Below, piece after piece: positions 38,840-51,651 of a stretch of 64,000 nucleotides of DNA. Position numbers and translations under genes: made by a program. Origin of the DNA: Selaginella moellendorffii (Eukaryota > Plantae > Lycopodiophyta); assembly GCF_000143415.4 (NCBI RefSeq), contig NW_003314306.1, positions 1,120,815-1,184,814 of the forward strand. Direction: 5' to 3'. Numbering within the stretch: position 1 is the stretch's first letter; each line of letters starts with the position of its first letter. The notes under the pieces are model-generated. The model worked only from the letters and a program-made list of their open reading frames with translations, searched no databases and was not told the origin of the DNA.

Positions 38840-40260
38840 TCATGGTATCATGGGAATAGAGTTCTTGCAGTATGTTTGGTTCATCCTCATATTTCTTATT
38901 GAAGACCAATAAAGCAGAGCTTTCCAGTTTGTACCTGTTTCACAGCAGCTTTTGCCACTCAGATTCAAATGGAACCTGCAAGATGAGCACAAAGAAATGA
39001 CACTGCAAGTAGGAGAATAGATGGTGTAGTTATTCCTCTCAGACATGCAAGGTTCGCATTTTGATGGAACGAAGACTACATCTGGATCCAGCTGTGATAC
39101 TCATAGTAAACATACACATACATGCAAATGATACCTCCCAAATGCCAGGTGACACGCTCGCAAGCAGATTGTGGTCCAGTGTTCGGGCCCTGTCCTTCAT
39201 TTGTGCGAGAACCTGGTTAATGCTTTCAGGTGCTGGATGTACTGATGACGCCCCAGCACCCCACGGAGAAGCACATGTTGCCGCTTGCACCACAAGACTT
39301 TCCATGTCCTCCTCGTACATATGCTTGCAGTCAGCAAGCGTCATTGAAAGGTAGTTAGCAACTCTACTCAAATCCCATGGGCGTTTTGGTAGGCAGTGGC
39401 AAAACGCTCCTTCCTTTTCTTCTGTGTCTCCTCAGGTCGTGTATCTGCTACACCTGTAAGAATTGATTCATTTCAGAATCACGAATGTGTCTTACCGAGC
39501 TCCTTTATGTCATAGACGTTTGGAATTGGAAGCTTATACGTGTCAGGAAGCAGCATATGGAGCCATGATTTGGCTTCGACGGATTGCTTTCCAGCCTCCA
39601 CCTCGGTATCCGGTACCACGATTGAAAGTTGAGCTAGAAGTCTCTTCGCCTCACCACCAAGGAAACAAAAGTTGCGTTCAAGACCATAAACTGTTATGTG
39701 CACAACAGGCTCTGTCTTCTTGCCATAAGCTTCGTCACCCTGCGAGTAAGACTTATGCATCTCATCCTTCCTCCATAACTTTGTTGGCACTGGCTCTTTA
39801 TGTTTTGGTTTATACTGCCAAGTGCCTGGAAAAAACACTTCTTTTGCTGTTTAAAAGAAAAAACGTGTTTTGCTTGGCATCCGGATCTCGAGTAATGGGA
39901 ATGTCCCATCGCAAGTTTCATCTAAGGATTCCAAAGCTTCTAATTAGCAAGTATGCAGGACAATAAAAACATCTGATCAAGATATCGGAAAATGGTCGTC
40001 TTATCACACACATGTGGCAGTGGAAGAACGTTTTTGCTTCTGCTTGACACTTGTTCATCCATGGATTTTTTCCCCTATTAGTTTGCTGTTCTTCCTGCAG
40101 CAGGAAAAGCATCATGAGGATTAGCAAAGCAAAACTTTCGATACCAACAGCACAGAGGTCACATTTAAATTCTTGCTGCTCGTTGGACTGTGGTACATAT
40201 TGACTCCCATCTAGACAAGTAAAATATAATGAAATGAAGTGAGAACTCGGGCTGCACAAG
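38840..40260 (-). pseudogene. Unidentified exon-like gene fragments
   Basis: Protein-like short ORFs (39039-39371, 39479-39838) with plausible splice sites; no family recognised. Confidence 0.3.
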
Positions 40261-40821
40261 TACGACCGGAAAACTACTTGCCTGTGGGGACTTCTTCCCC
40301 ACGTGTGTCATCCAATGCCTAGTAATTTGTCGGTAATCTTCCTTGTCACCTTCTTTGTATGTTCTCCTGCTAAGAATATGTCATAGTCTTCATTGAATGC
40401 TTCGTCCCGTGTGTAGTCCATAATTACGTGAAGGGTAGTAGACCTGGAATAAGTAGTTTCTACTTTTTATGTTCTCTTAGGGAGCTCCATTGCAAGATAT
40501 AATCCAGATGTGCATACTAGCCAAATGCAAGATGCTCAAGATCCACTTGATGAACATGAAAATTAATAGTGAAGAGATAACACTTTTAGGTGTAAACATT
40601 GAGGAGATGAGTAGAATGGCACTACCATAGAACATTTGAACCATCTATTAGAAAGATGGAAGTTTCAAGTTCAAAATAGATAGCTTATATTAGCAGAATT
40701 ATTAAAGATAAAATTCTAAAAATTAAGAGTCACATCAAGTATAAATTCTAAAATATACTTAATCTTATGCTTAAAACATTTAATATACGTATGTAATAGG
40801 GTAATCATATCAGTTCTTATC

Positions 40822-41480
40822 TCAATGCACATAGATTTTGGTTTGCAAATTCCACCTCGTATAATCTATATAATTCCCTGCTAGCGAGATAGTTTCACTC
40901 CGTGTCTCCGCTTCATCTGGTTTCAGCAAGACTCCTGTTCTCCTATGGCCATTGTACACTACTCCCCTTATGTATGGCTGCATTGTCGGGAAGCGATGCT
41001 CCAGAAAGACTTCTTCTACCATTTGTTCCACGCATTTGCCAGGAAAGTTGGCCTGGTGCACCTCGAAGAGAGTGCAATCGATGTAGATAGTGTAATCGAC
41101 CATGCACGTAGTACCTCCATTTGCAGAGCCAGTCGAATAACCCTCTTTCCCAGCGCTGCCTAAGCATGCTCCACCTTTGCTGGTATGACAACCTTTGTGT
41201 GTGTTTTCCTCGTCTTGTTCATCCTCGTCCAGCCTAAGAGGGTCTAGGAAGCGGTTTACGAGTCGCGCTGGTAGATCGGAAAGTGCTCTTGTCCTCTCTG
41301 ATAGCTCCTTGGTTAGCTTGTGCCGGTACTCCTTTGTATTTGCAGCTACAATGGTAAAAATGTAGCGATCCTCGCTCATCTGGTGCCACTGTTGCTCAAG
41401 CTCCTTGATTTTCACTCTTCATTCTCTCCTGGTGTCTTACTTTCGATCTGTTCATACCGTTGGATGATAGTCCTTAAAGC
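40822..41480 (-). pseudogene. Orphan gene relic, copy 2
   Basis: 197-codon open frame (DYTIYIDCTLFEVHQANFPGKCVEQMVEEVFLEHRFPT), paralogous to 25530-26114; upstream part frameshifted. Confidence 0.5.
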
Positions 41481-41776
41481 TTATTTAAGCTATTGCATAG
41501 TTTTGTTTGAACCCTCTAGTCTTCGTCCTCCAGCTTATTGCTGTTGAATCGGCATTTTCTATAGACAACGATCTTGGCGGCCCAGCGTAGCAACGAAGAA
41601 AAGAATATACTATGCCCTTGCGGTGAGAGATTTATAGCTTATTGCTGACGGTGTTGAATCTCTTCTATTGACAAGTCCAAAGTTTATGATCTTAGAGGTT
41701 ACTACTAGCGGAAATTTTACCAGTCGCGGGGAGTAAAAATCTTGCTCCAACGTAAAACAAAGAAGAAAAGAATTTA

Positions 41777-43511
41777 CTATGCGGTCGCGGTGAGAGATCC
41801 ATCCTTGATGAGCTTATTGCTGAGGCTGTTGAATCGTCCCTTGGAGTAGCGCCGCGACGCCTTCCGCCAATCCGTGCCAGTTCTCATCACCCTCGCGAAC
41901 TCCTCGTAGCTCACCAATCCATCCTTATCCGCGTCCACCTCCGCCAGGATGTCCGCCACCACCTCGCCGCCATCGCCGCCGCCCGGCTCCTCCGCCAGCG
42001 CCGCCGCCAGATCCTCTTTGTCCAGGAACCCGTTGGCATCCTTGTCGAGCCGATCAAAAGCCTTGCGGAGGTGGTCGTCGCTGTCGAACCGCTGCTGGAG
42101 GTAGACGATCACGGTGACGAACTCGCCATAGTTGAGCACGCCATCGTTGTCCTCGTCCGCGGCGTCCATCACCGACTTGAGCTCCACCTCGGCGTACTCG
42201 TTCGTGACGATGGTGGGCGATTTCGCCAGCCCGATCTTGAGCTCGTCGAGCGTGATCCCGCCCCGCCCGCTCGAGTCCATGGCCTCGAAGATCTCCCGCA
42301 TGCCAGCATTCTCCTCCTGCGACAGCTCCTCCGCGATGATCTCCAGCGCCTTCTTGCGCAGCTTGTTGAGCGCCGCGAACTGCTTGAGCCGGGTCCGCAC
42401 GGCGTCCAGCGGTACATTTGGCGCGTGCTTCCCCGCGCGGTGCAGCCAGGGGTGCTCCAGCACCTGCGACGCCGAGAGGCGGAGCCGCGGGTCGGGCTCC
42501 AGCATCCGGCGGACGAGGCTCTTGGCGGACTCGGACACCGCCGGCCACGGCTCGCGCCGGAAGTCGAGCACGCCGCGCAGTATGGCCTGCGCCACGCCCT
42601 GCTCGGTCTCGGCCCAGAAGGGCGGCACGCCGCACAGCAAGATGTAGAGGATGACGCCGGCGCTCCACACGTCCACCTCGGGGCCATAGTTGCGCTTGAG
42701 GACCTCGGGCGCCATGTAGTAGGGGCTGCCCACGATCTCGTTGAATCGCTCCCCGGGACGAAAGAAAACCGAGAGCCCAAAGTCGATGGCCTTGAGCGCC
42801 GAATTCTCCTTGCGGTTGGCGAAGAGGAAGTTCTCGGGCTTGAGATCTCGGTGCATGACTCCCTGGAAAACAAAATGTATCATTCATCACCAACCATATG
42901 ACATAGGCATGATATATCCATGCATGCATGAAATATACGTATGCACTGTCATGCATATGCATGATCAAACAACATACCTGGCGGTGACACGCCTGTACGA
43001 CCTCGACGATGGTACGGATGACCCCCGCCGCCGCGCGCTCCGTGTAGTGCCCCCGCGCGATGATCCGATCAAACAGCTCGCCGCCCGCGCACAGCTCCAT
43101 GACGATGTGCACCGCGCGCTCGTCCTCGTACGCGCCCTTGAGCGCCACGATGTTGGAGTGTGGCGGCAGGTGGCGCATGATCGCCACCTCGCGCCGCACG
43201 TCCTCGATGTCCACCGCCGTCTTGAGCTTGGACTTGGAGATGGACTTGCACGCCAGCAGCTCCTGCGACTCCTGCTCCATGCACAGGTACGTGACGCCGA
43301 ACTCGCCGCGCCCCAGCTCGCGCCCCAGGTTGTAGCGCTCCTTGATCGAGCTCCCGGTGCGCTGCTCCGCGTCCAGCACCGTCAGCTTGCGCTGCCCGTT
43401 CTCGCTGTCCTTGGCGTAGGGGTTGCCCTTGAATCGCTTCTTCTTCCCTCGAGGCTTGTGGGAGTCTTGATCGCCCGCCTCTCGGGGTGGTGTCGCGCAG
43501 CAATTCCCCAT
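41777..43511 (-). CDS. CPK: Calcium-dependent protein kinase (group III-like), 2 coding exons, intron 42863-42977
   Basis: MGNCC acylation motif, [18 protein letters not shown], junction domain, four EF-hands, [15 protein letters not shown] tail. Confidence 0.96.
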
Positions 43512-44842
43512 CTGATCTTGTAGCTAGAGCTCCAGGAGGGCGGAAAAAAGCGATTTTTCTCCCTGGAACCCGCGACTTTGACGTCCGCTCAAACGCTTTT
43601 CCTCGCTTTCTTGATGGAACTTATCTTTATAGCTGCGGGACGAACTTCTTCTCGGCTGGAAGACTTTTAAGCCGCTGCCACTTTTTCTAGAGCTTCCACT
43701 CCTGCAGGTTTTCGCTGTTTCCTGGAGAATTCCCGTGGATCTCTGGAGCCCGAGCTGAAAAGTCTAGTTTTTCCCTGAGAAGAACCACCTTTGAAGACTA
43801 ATTCTTTGTTTCCTTGTCTTCCAAGTTCCAAGCTTGGATTTTGCCTGCTCCGATCTGAGAGAAACCTGTGCCGTTTTGCTAGCTACCCATTGCTTTCCCT
43901 GCCCCTGTTTTGTGGGCGAAAATATCGCTGCTTAGATGATGCTACCGGCTGACCGACTGATATCACTGTTAAACCTGTGCAGCAACAACGAGACAAACGT
44001 CAGTCCATCCATCCCCGCGGCTTCATTGCGCTGGTGAATCCAAATCCACAACATCCACCAAGAACAATCCAGCAAAAAACAATCACCAAACCGAAAGAGG
44101 GCAGCCAGGCATTCAAAGAGGGCCGACGAGGAGGGAGGAATTCACGGACTCTTGTGAAAAACCCGGGCACCAAATTCCTCCAAGCACCAATTCCAGCGAT
44201 CTCTCGCAAGCTAGTCTCCTCCACTCCATCCCATCCGAAGAGCAAACATGGAAAAAAAAAGGCTTCTCTCCTCACTCACCTCAGACTTGGCTTGTGTCGA
44301 CCTTCGCTGGTTGGATGCTCGTTTTGACGAATCCAAGGTTTTGGGCGCTATTGCTAACGCCGGAAATGCTGCGCCTGCCTTGGATCATGGATCCGGGGCC
44401 TCCAATCCGGAAGAAAAATAAGAACACTCGGCTGGAACTGCTCATGGGTCATGAGTCCCGCGGCCCGTGTTGACTTTTCTCGAGAGAAAGACGAAGGCCA
44501 AACGCAAATCCGGTCCAGTCCACTCCCGAGCTTCTAGAGGCGCTACCACAGCACAAAGACGACGAGCCAGAAAGAAAGAAGAAAACAAAGAGAAAGCTCC
44601 ATTTTACACTGCTAATAAGATAGGGAGGCTGGGATTAATTTCTTAAGGCTGCTTAATATAATCTCTTGTGACTCTTCCAACCCAAGCACCGCAAAGTAAA
44701 AAAGAGCCTTTCTTCTCTCTCTCCTTTTCTTTCTCCTTTCTCCCCTTGAAGCATTTGATCGCAAAGCTTTTACACAACAGCTCCTGAAAAGTACTGAGCA
44801 GCAGCGACTCGGCGTACAAAGGTGAGCAAAAAAGAGAGTTTT

Positions 44843-44919
44843 TTCGAGCTATGGAAACTGTAGAAGAAGATAATCAATCTTCGAGCTATGGAAACTGTAG
44901 TAGAAGAAGATAATCAATC
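44843..44919. repeat. 37-40 bp tandem duplication downstream of TM9SF
   Basis: TTCGAGCTATGGAAACTGTAG(TAG)AAGAAGATAATCAATC twice. Confidence 0.85.
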
Positions 44920-45038
44920 ATGAACTGTAAGCTAGATAGATACGGCTAGCTACACCAACAGCAAAAACAAAGAAGGAAGAAAAACGAGAGCTTTACCTGT
45001 GTAGAGTCTTTGTTCCTTCGTTGTTGTCAGCGTTTTTC

Positions 45039-47003
45039 TTAGTCGAGCTTCACCGAGGAGAACAGGTAATGCGTGAAGTAGAAGCTTGTCAAGAACCCGA
45101 CCGTCCCGGTAGCGAGCATGAGCGCCAGCACCATGAGTAGCGTGTATCCCATGTAGAGCATTGCCGACACCGGCCCGCTCAAGCTGTGGAGATCGAACAC
45201 CAAGTAGTTGATCGCGTAGAGCAGGACGTAGAGTGCCACCGAGCCCGACGCGAAGAAGGATTTCCACCACCACCGCCAGTCCTCGACGCAGAGGTGCATG
45301 TAAGTCAGCACCACCGAGACCTCGGCGCAGACGATGACGAGCAGCACCAGGACCACGAAGAGGAAGCCGAAGACGTAGTAGAAGCGGCCCATCCAGATGC
45401 TCGACATGATGAAGAAGAGCTCGATGAAGAGAGTTCCAAAAGGAAGCGTCCCGGCGCCGAGGACGAGCACCCAGGAGGGGTACTTTTGCGCAGGGACCTC
45501 GCGGGGGATCTGGTTCGTGCGCACCGGGAAGGAGATGTGCTCGGCTCGGACTCCCAAGTAGCCGCCGAAGAGCGTGAGTGGCACCGAGATGCAAAACCAG
45601 AGCGCCACCAGCACGAAGAACATCCAGAGCGGGATCGCTCCAGTGCTGTGACTTCCCCAGAGCAAGAAGTTGAGGAAGGTGAGGACGACGAACGAGATCC
45701 CCGGGAAGAAGCAGGCCACTCTCCAGGCGATGGACCTCCATCCGGCGGAATCACCCAGCTTCAAAGTTTTCCACAGCCGGCAAGCAGCGTAGCCAGCCGA
45801 GATGCCGAGGAAGAGGTACAGCAGCACCATTCCCGTGAGCAGCATACCCCTCGACGCCGGCGACATGAACCCGAACGCTGCGAAAAAGATGGTGACGATG
45901 GCCATCCCGAGGATCTGTACTCCGCTTCCAACCATGACGCACAGCAGCTTCGAGTGAGGTGGCGGCCGGAAAACATCGCCCACAACGAGCTTCCACCCGG
46001 AGAGCTCCTCGTTCATCTGTGCCTGCGCCTCCTTGTCCAGCTCCTCATACTTGGTGAGATCCCGGCGAACAGTCCTCAAGAAGATGACGAACACGATCCC
46101 GGCCAGGAACGCGATCACCATCAACGAGTTCAGAATCGAGAACCAGTGCACACGCGAGCCTTCCATCTTGAGATATGCATCCCACCGCGACGGCCACCTC
46201 GTCGGGCTGAGCTCAAAGCTCACCTCGTAGCTGAAAGTTAAGCTCGCACCAGTCTCCACCACCTGGTATCTCCCCCGATCCATCTCGCAAACCACCTCCG
46301 GAAGCTTGTCATACATCTTTAGATCCTTGGTGCTCGACTTCTCGTGAGGATAGCTGCAAGGAACCACCTCGAATCCCACCACCACGTAGCCGGACAAGTT
46401 CTTGCCAGGAACCACGTCGAATCCATCCCCGGTTCCCATCACCGATCCCACACCCGTGTCCTCGTACTGGTGGATCAAGACTTTAAACTTGAGATGGTTG
46501 AAGATGTAGTAGCGATCGTTGGGCGGATGGAAGCCAACCAAGTAACCCGTCCAGCGCGTAGGCGGAAGATCCGAGTCGGGGATCACAGTATACCTCACCA
46601 CTGGAAGATTGTCCAGCATGAGATTCACCTGGTAGACGTCGTCGATCCGGCGCTTGAGATGCTTGACATCGTTGTCCGAGAGCGTGTGGGTGCACAGGAA
46701 AATGCTGGATTCGTTGGTGTTCATCCGAAACCGGTATGGCGACGACTCGATCTCGTCGCCCATGAGGAGCTCGCCAAGATTCTCGGCGCTCTTCTTCACG
46801 CCGCCCTGGGGCTGGCAGAAGGGGAGGCTGTAGTAGCTGTAGGGGAGCTCCGTCTCGATGGAGGTGAGCGAATTCACCTTGGCGTACAGATCCTTGCCGT
46901 CGGGGTAAGCGTGCAAGTAGCTACCTGGTAAGTAGAAGGCGGCCGCATTGTGGATCCAGCACAGGATCGCGAGCACCGCCAAGATCTCCAGCTTTGTCCC
47001 CAT
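45039..47003 (-). CDS. Transmembrane 9 superfamily protein (EMP70, TMN11/12-like), intronless
   Basis: Signal peptide then FYLPG; YSYYSLPFC, ENLGELLMGD, VHWFSILNS, GWKLVVGDVFR; C-terminal VKLD (KXD/E); ATG taken at 47003. Confidence 0.96.
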   Translation of the reverse strand: MGTKLEILAVLAILCWIHNAAAFYLPGSYLHAYPDGKDLYAKVNSLTSIETELPYSYYSLPFCQPQGGVKKSAENLGELLMGDEIESSPYRFRMNTNESSIFLCTHTLSDNDVKHLKRRIDDVYQVNLMLDNLPVVRYTVIPDSDLPPTRWTGYLVGFHPPNDRYYIFNHLKFKVLIHQYEDTGVGSVMGTGDGFDVVPGKNLSGYVVVGFEVVPCSYPHEKSSTKDLKMYDKLPEVVCEMDRGRYQVVETGASLTFSYEVSFELSPTRWPSRWDAYLKMEGSRVHWFSILNSLMVIAFLAGIVFVIFLRTVRRDLTKYEELDKEAQAQMNEELSGWKLVVGDVFRPPPHSKLLCVMVGSGVQILGMAIVTIFFAAFGFMSPASRGMLLTGMVLLYLFLGISAGYAACRLWKTLKLGDSAGWRSIAWRVACFFPGISFVVLTFLNFLLWGSHSTGAIPLWMFFVLVALWFCISVPLTLFGGYLGVRAEHISFPVRTNQIPREVPAQKYPSWVLVLGAGTLPFGTLFIELFFIMSSIWMGRFYYVFGFLFVVLVLLVIVCAEVSVVLTYMHLCVEDWRWWWKSFFASGSVALYVLLYAINYLVFDLHSLSGPVSAMLYMGYTLLMVLALMLATGTVGFLTSFYFTHYLFSSVKLD

Positions 47004-47260
47004 GATCGGGGCGATTTCTCCCAGATCGGCGCCTCCACAGCTCAAGATCTAGACTATTTGCCCTGTGAATGCCCTAAATCTCCAATTTAACGGAATCTTC
47101 CGTCTACCAGTACTAACGGTGCCAGAATATTCTCTGTGACGGGATATTTGGTAGAATCCAAAACGTAGTTTAGGGCTATGGTGAATTCACATTAAAAGTG
47201 CTGTAGGGTTTTGCGCGGATCGATCGATCAATGCAGCTACTCCTCTTGTGATCGCGTGGA
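47004..47260. promoter_or_regulatory. Putative bidirectional promoter TM9SF/SEC8
   Basis: 257 bp between divergent ATGs; telo-box TAGGGTTT 47204-47211. Confidence 0.5.
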
Positions 47261-50200
47261 ATGGCGGCACAGCCGCTACCGGTTGTGGATTGGGAGGTTG
47301 GAATCGCTCGAATCTACATCTCTGTCTCTTCTTCATGCTTCGATCTGGAATTTTCTCGCAGGCTGTCAAGGAGGAGCTCGAGGCAATCGACGACTCGTGG
47401 AAGCAACCTCGATTCGACTCCCTCACGCACGTCGTCGAGGTCCTCACATCGCATAATCCCGAGGACGCCACGCAGACGCTGCGAGAGCAGCGCGATGCGA
47501 TTGAGGCGCTCGTGGATGATGTCGTCCGCGGCTACCACAAAGGATTCAACAAGGCAATCCATAATTATTCCCAGGTCTGGATGGACAGCGTTCTTTCTTT
47601 GCTTTCGCTGAGCTCGTGGTCTTTCCGTTTTTATTTCTTCGTTTGGCTTTGTTCTAGATATTGAGATTGTTTAGTGAATCCGCCACAGGCTTGAGTGGCC
47701 TCAAGCTACAGCTTGCCGATTGCAAGAAACTCTTGGGTGCTCGACACAAGCAGCTCCAACAACAATGGTACCGTTCTGTTATACTCCGAAATGTGATCTC
47801 TCTACTGGATCAAATTGACAATGTTTCAAAGGCTAGTTTTTTTTATTTTCTTCGTCTCTTCTTCTTTGGTTCGTAACATTCCTCGTGTTTTCTGTCTCAG
47901 GTTCCAGCAAAAATAGAGCAGTATATCTCGGAGAAGCGGTATTATTCAGCTGTCCAGCTACATATTCAGTCAATAAGCATGCTCGAGCGGGAGGGAATTC
48001 AAGGGGTGTGTTTTTCTTTTACGCGTTTCATGAAGTGAAGTATTTTTCTTGGTGGCACAGGTCGGTGCTTTGCAAGACGTGCGTGCAGAGTTTTCAAACA
48101 TGAAGGGCGTGCTTTTCTTCAAAGTCGTGGAGGATTTGCATTCCCATCTTTACTGTAAAGGAGAATACAGGTTTGTCTGTACGGATAGATGTTGCCCCTC
48201 ATCGAAGTTGTCTTTTTTTGCTCCAGCACTAGTGTTATCAGGGACAAGAATGCCGACGATGATCTATTAAATATTGATACCATGGTACTTCCTGCTGGAA
48301 GTTCGCACCCTTTTTCACGACGGACTAGAACGTTCAAGAAGTCGGAGAATGGTGGTGACGGGAGCGCAAACGGCCACGTCGAAGATCGGCGAAATTCAAG
48401 TGATAAAAGGTGCGTGGCATGAATGCAAAGCAGACATCTGATTTTCTTGTCCAGCTCTATTTCTGCCGATAGTAAGGACGAGGAATTGAGCCAGGACGAA
48501 AGTGTCGGCAAAGAAAGTATGAAGCCCAAACGAGCGACGCTTGTTTGGCTAGGAGATGCGACCCCTAACGAGTTTGTGGTATGAGAAGTGTGTGTATGTC
48601 CTTGATTGATCACGCTGCGTTCTTGTAGGAAGCTATAACCAAAAGTGATGCTACGCTGAACGTGAAATACCTCCAGACAATGGTAGAATGCTTAAATTTG
48701 CTGGGAAAAACGGCTGCCGCTGGTGCACTCATCAGGTACATAAGATCATTTTTTCCCCCGTTATTCTTGTTTTCTTTTTTATTTTCTGACTTGCTTGCTA
48801 CAGCCAGCGTCTTAGGCAGACAGTACATGATTTGATAATCGAGGAAATCAAAGCACACGCAGTCGCAGTTGATGCTTCAAGGCCACGCGTTGAAGTCTCC
48901 AAAATATCAGTTTCTCACAAAAATGGCGTGTTAACTCTAGGCCTGAAGAAAGTTCAAGACAGCAAGCATGCAAAGAAGGTGAGGGCTTCATCTGAAGCCT
49001 TGACGTCAATTGGGCCAACTGGACCCGGTCAAACGGCTGCGAGGAACCTCGTGGAGCCTGTCCTGGCCATGTTGGCCCGTGTACTAGGTATTGTACTCCA
49101 TGCATCTTTGGACCTTGTGCAAGCTAACTGTAAAACTTGCAGCAAATCATGTGATTGTTGGAAAGGCTATGGAATCTCACACTGGAGATGATGATACTCA
49201 TTCTGTGAGTGGATACAACATTGGCTTTGCTGTGACTGTCATTCAGGTAAGTTGTCATTCAAGAGTTGTTTTCTAATTTCCGGTCTAACTTCCTGTTCGC
49301 AGAGTGAATGCCAGCAATTTATTTGCGACATACTTCGAGCTAATGCAGATGCTACGCAGACCGATTCATCTGGTCAGGCTGCAAGACAGTCAAAAGTCAC
49401 TGCAGCGGATAAAAGGTAAGCTGTACTCACGTACTTTTCAAAATTCTTGTCTGATGTCCTCGGTTTAGCAATGCTGGCCCTGATGAAGGATTGTCGTTTA
49501 CCTTTCGTTTTACGGACGCCATGTCTCTGCCTGGTAAGTTGTAGGTGCTCTGTCTTTTGGACTTCCATAACTGTGATCGGGATCAGGAGCTGTTCCTCGA
49601 CCTGTTCGTAGGCGCGGATCCGCAAACGCTCAAGAAGGCTTTGGGGTTAGTACAGTACTTAGTGACAGGGGCATGTACCTCATTGCATCACTGTACCGGC
49701 CTGTGTTAGAGGTATGGCTACGAGTTTTTCTTTTGTTTATCTGTTCCTCCTTTCAGTTCACAGATGGATTTACGTCCTTGCTTCCAGAAAAATATGCTTC
49801 TCTTGGGTGAGTGAGAGTCTTTTACTTTTTCTAGCTCCCTTCTAACCATTGTCTTGCGTAGCAAGGAGGGTTTGCATAATTTTTTGGAGACCTTTATAAA
49901 GGACCAGTTTTTACCAAGAATCTACGTGGACTACAGAACTCGTGCTGCAGACGCCCTAGCAAGTAGGCCTATCTTTATATCTTATCTCTTTTCTCTGATG
50001 GAGAACTGATGTATTTCTTAGGCTCTGCCGCATTTCGTCTTAAAACGCGTTCATCCGTGACTAAAATGTCCTCCATCGCTTTACTTGGGCCTTCTGTGGC
50101 AGATCAGCTAGCTTCTGAGGTATGCTAGCACTGCTCCGTGATTCTCACTACCTGCTCATACAGGTTGTTGCGTGGGCACATGCAATGCCAAAATATGCGC

Positions 50201-51651
50201 CCGAGTTTCTGGAGCTTGTGCAGACTATTTTGGAGAGGACTCTTGAAAGATGTCGGGCTGCATACACTGAAGTGCGTATTTGTTTCCTTTGATTTTTTTT
50301 TACTCTTGTTATCTTGGATTTAGGCCGTCCTGGGTAGCCTGAGCTCCAGCATTATCGGCAGGACCGACGTTGAACAACTCATGCAGCAAGACCCTGCAAG
50401 TGTTTTGCTTGAAGCAGATTGCCCTGATCATTATCCGAATGGAGAGGACGTTGAGCTGGAAATGGAGATGAACAATTTGCTTTTGAGTTTGCGGCCTATC
50501 AAACATGTAAATATTTGCAGTCTACAGTTTTTGTTCATACCTCAACTTGTTATTTCAGGACCAACTCATACATGGTGATCAGAAGTTCGTTCTTCTGGCT
50601 GCTCTCAGCGAATCTTTATCTTCTCTTGCAACTTCGATCCAAAAGTAGGTGACTTTCAAGTACGTTTATCTTATTGCCGTTCTGGAACTTCCTTTACAGT
50701 CTTGGATCGCAACAAAAGAAGAATGACATGGCGTCTAAGCGGCCCAGCAATATTTTACCTTCGGGGCTACATAGTCTGATCGCGAAATACCAAGATCTTT
50801 CTTCGGAATGCCTTCGGACACTCCGCATTGAAATGCAACTTCAAGCAATACATTATCTACAGGTTTATCATGTGAGCTATGATATTACCGCCTTACATCT
50901 AGTGTTGTGCAGAGTATGACCGGGAGAGTCTATGTTAGCGATCACGATGCTGAAGAACCTGAAGATTTCATTGTTTCATTTACTTCTCAGGTAGATATTG
51001 TGTATTTATGTCAAACTCAAAACGTTTCCCTTCAGATTACGAGATGGGATGAGGAAATGACTTTCTATATTTCTTCCGCCAAAAGAAATTACGCTTTTGG
51101 TGGAATATGTGGAGTTGCCGCGACAGCGTTTGTTAAGGTATCCCTTGACCAGCTTTGTATGATTAACATTTCGGTGTGGCAGGCTCTGAACGACATGAGT
51201 TTAGTTAACGTATTCGGAGTTCGACAAATATGTAGAAATTGCATCGCATTCCAGCAAGTAATCATTCTGATGAATCTAAGTTTCATCTACGTGATCTCTT
51301 TCTCCACAGGCCTTGGCAGCACTTAGCTCGACAGATGCTGATATGGTGCAACAACGGCTTGACAGAGTCCGAACCTACTATGAACTTCTTACTATGCCTT
51401 TTGAGGTAACATCTTATGAGAAATTTCTGTATGTGATGTGTGTGTTTCTTTAGGCTCTTATTGCGTTCGTGAACGAGCACGACTCGGAATTCTCATTCAC
51501 CGAGTAAGCTTTTTGTTTTCGATATTCTCCAAATAACTATTGGATTTTCTTTTTTTTTTCCAGAGTCTCCAATCTTCTCAAAGTGAATGTGCCAGGCAGA
51601 GAAATTCCACCAGATGCTGTGCAACGCATCGGAAAAGTTTTGGCGCCTTGA
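47261..51651 (+). CDS. SEC8: Exocyst subunit SEC8/EXOC4, many short introns
   Basis: EELEAIDDSW..RFDSLTHVV, YHKGFNKAIHNYSQILRLFSES, VGALQDVR, CLRTLRIEMQL, GVRQICRNCIAFQQ, RVRTYYELL, LLKVNVPGRE; stop 51649-51651. Confidence 0.93.

Noticed and set aside
42071-46931. Long antisense and alternative-frame ORFs over CDPK and TM9SF
   Set aside because: Expected shadow ORFs of high-GC3 coding sequence
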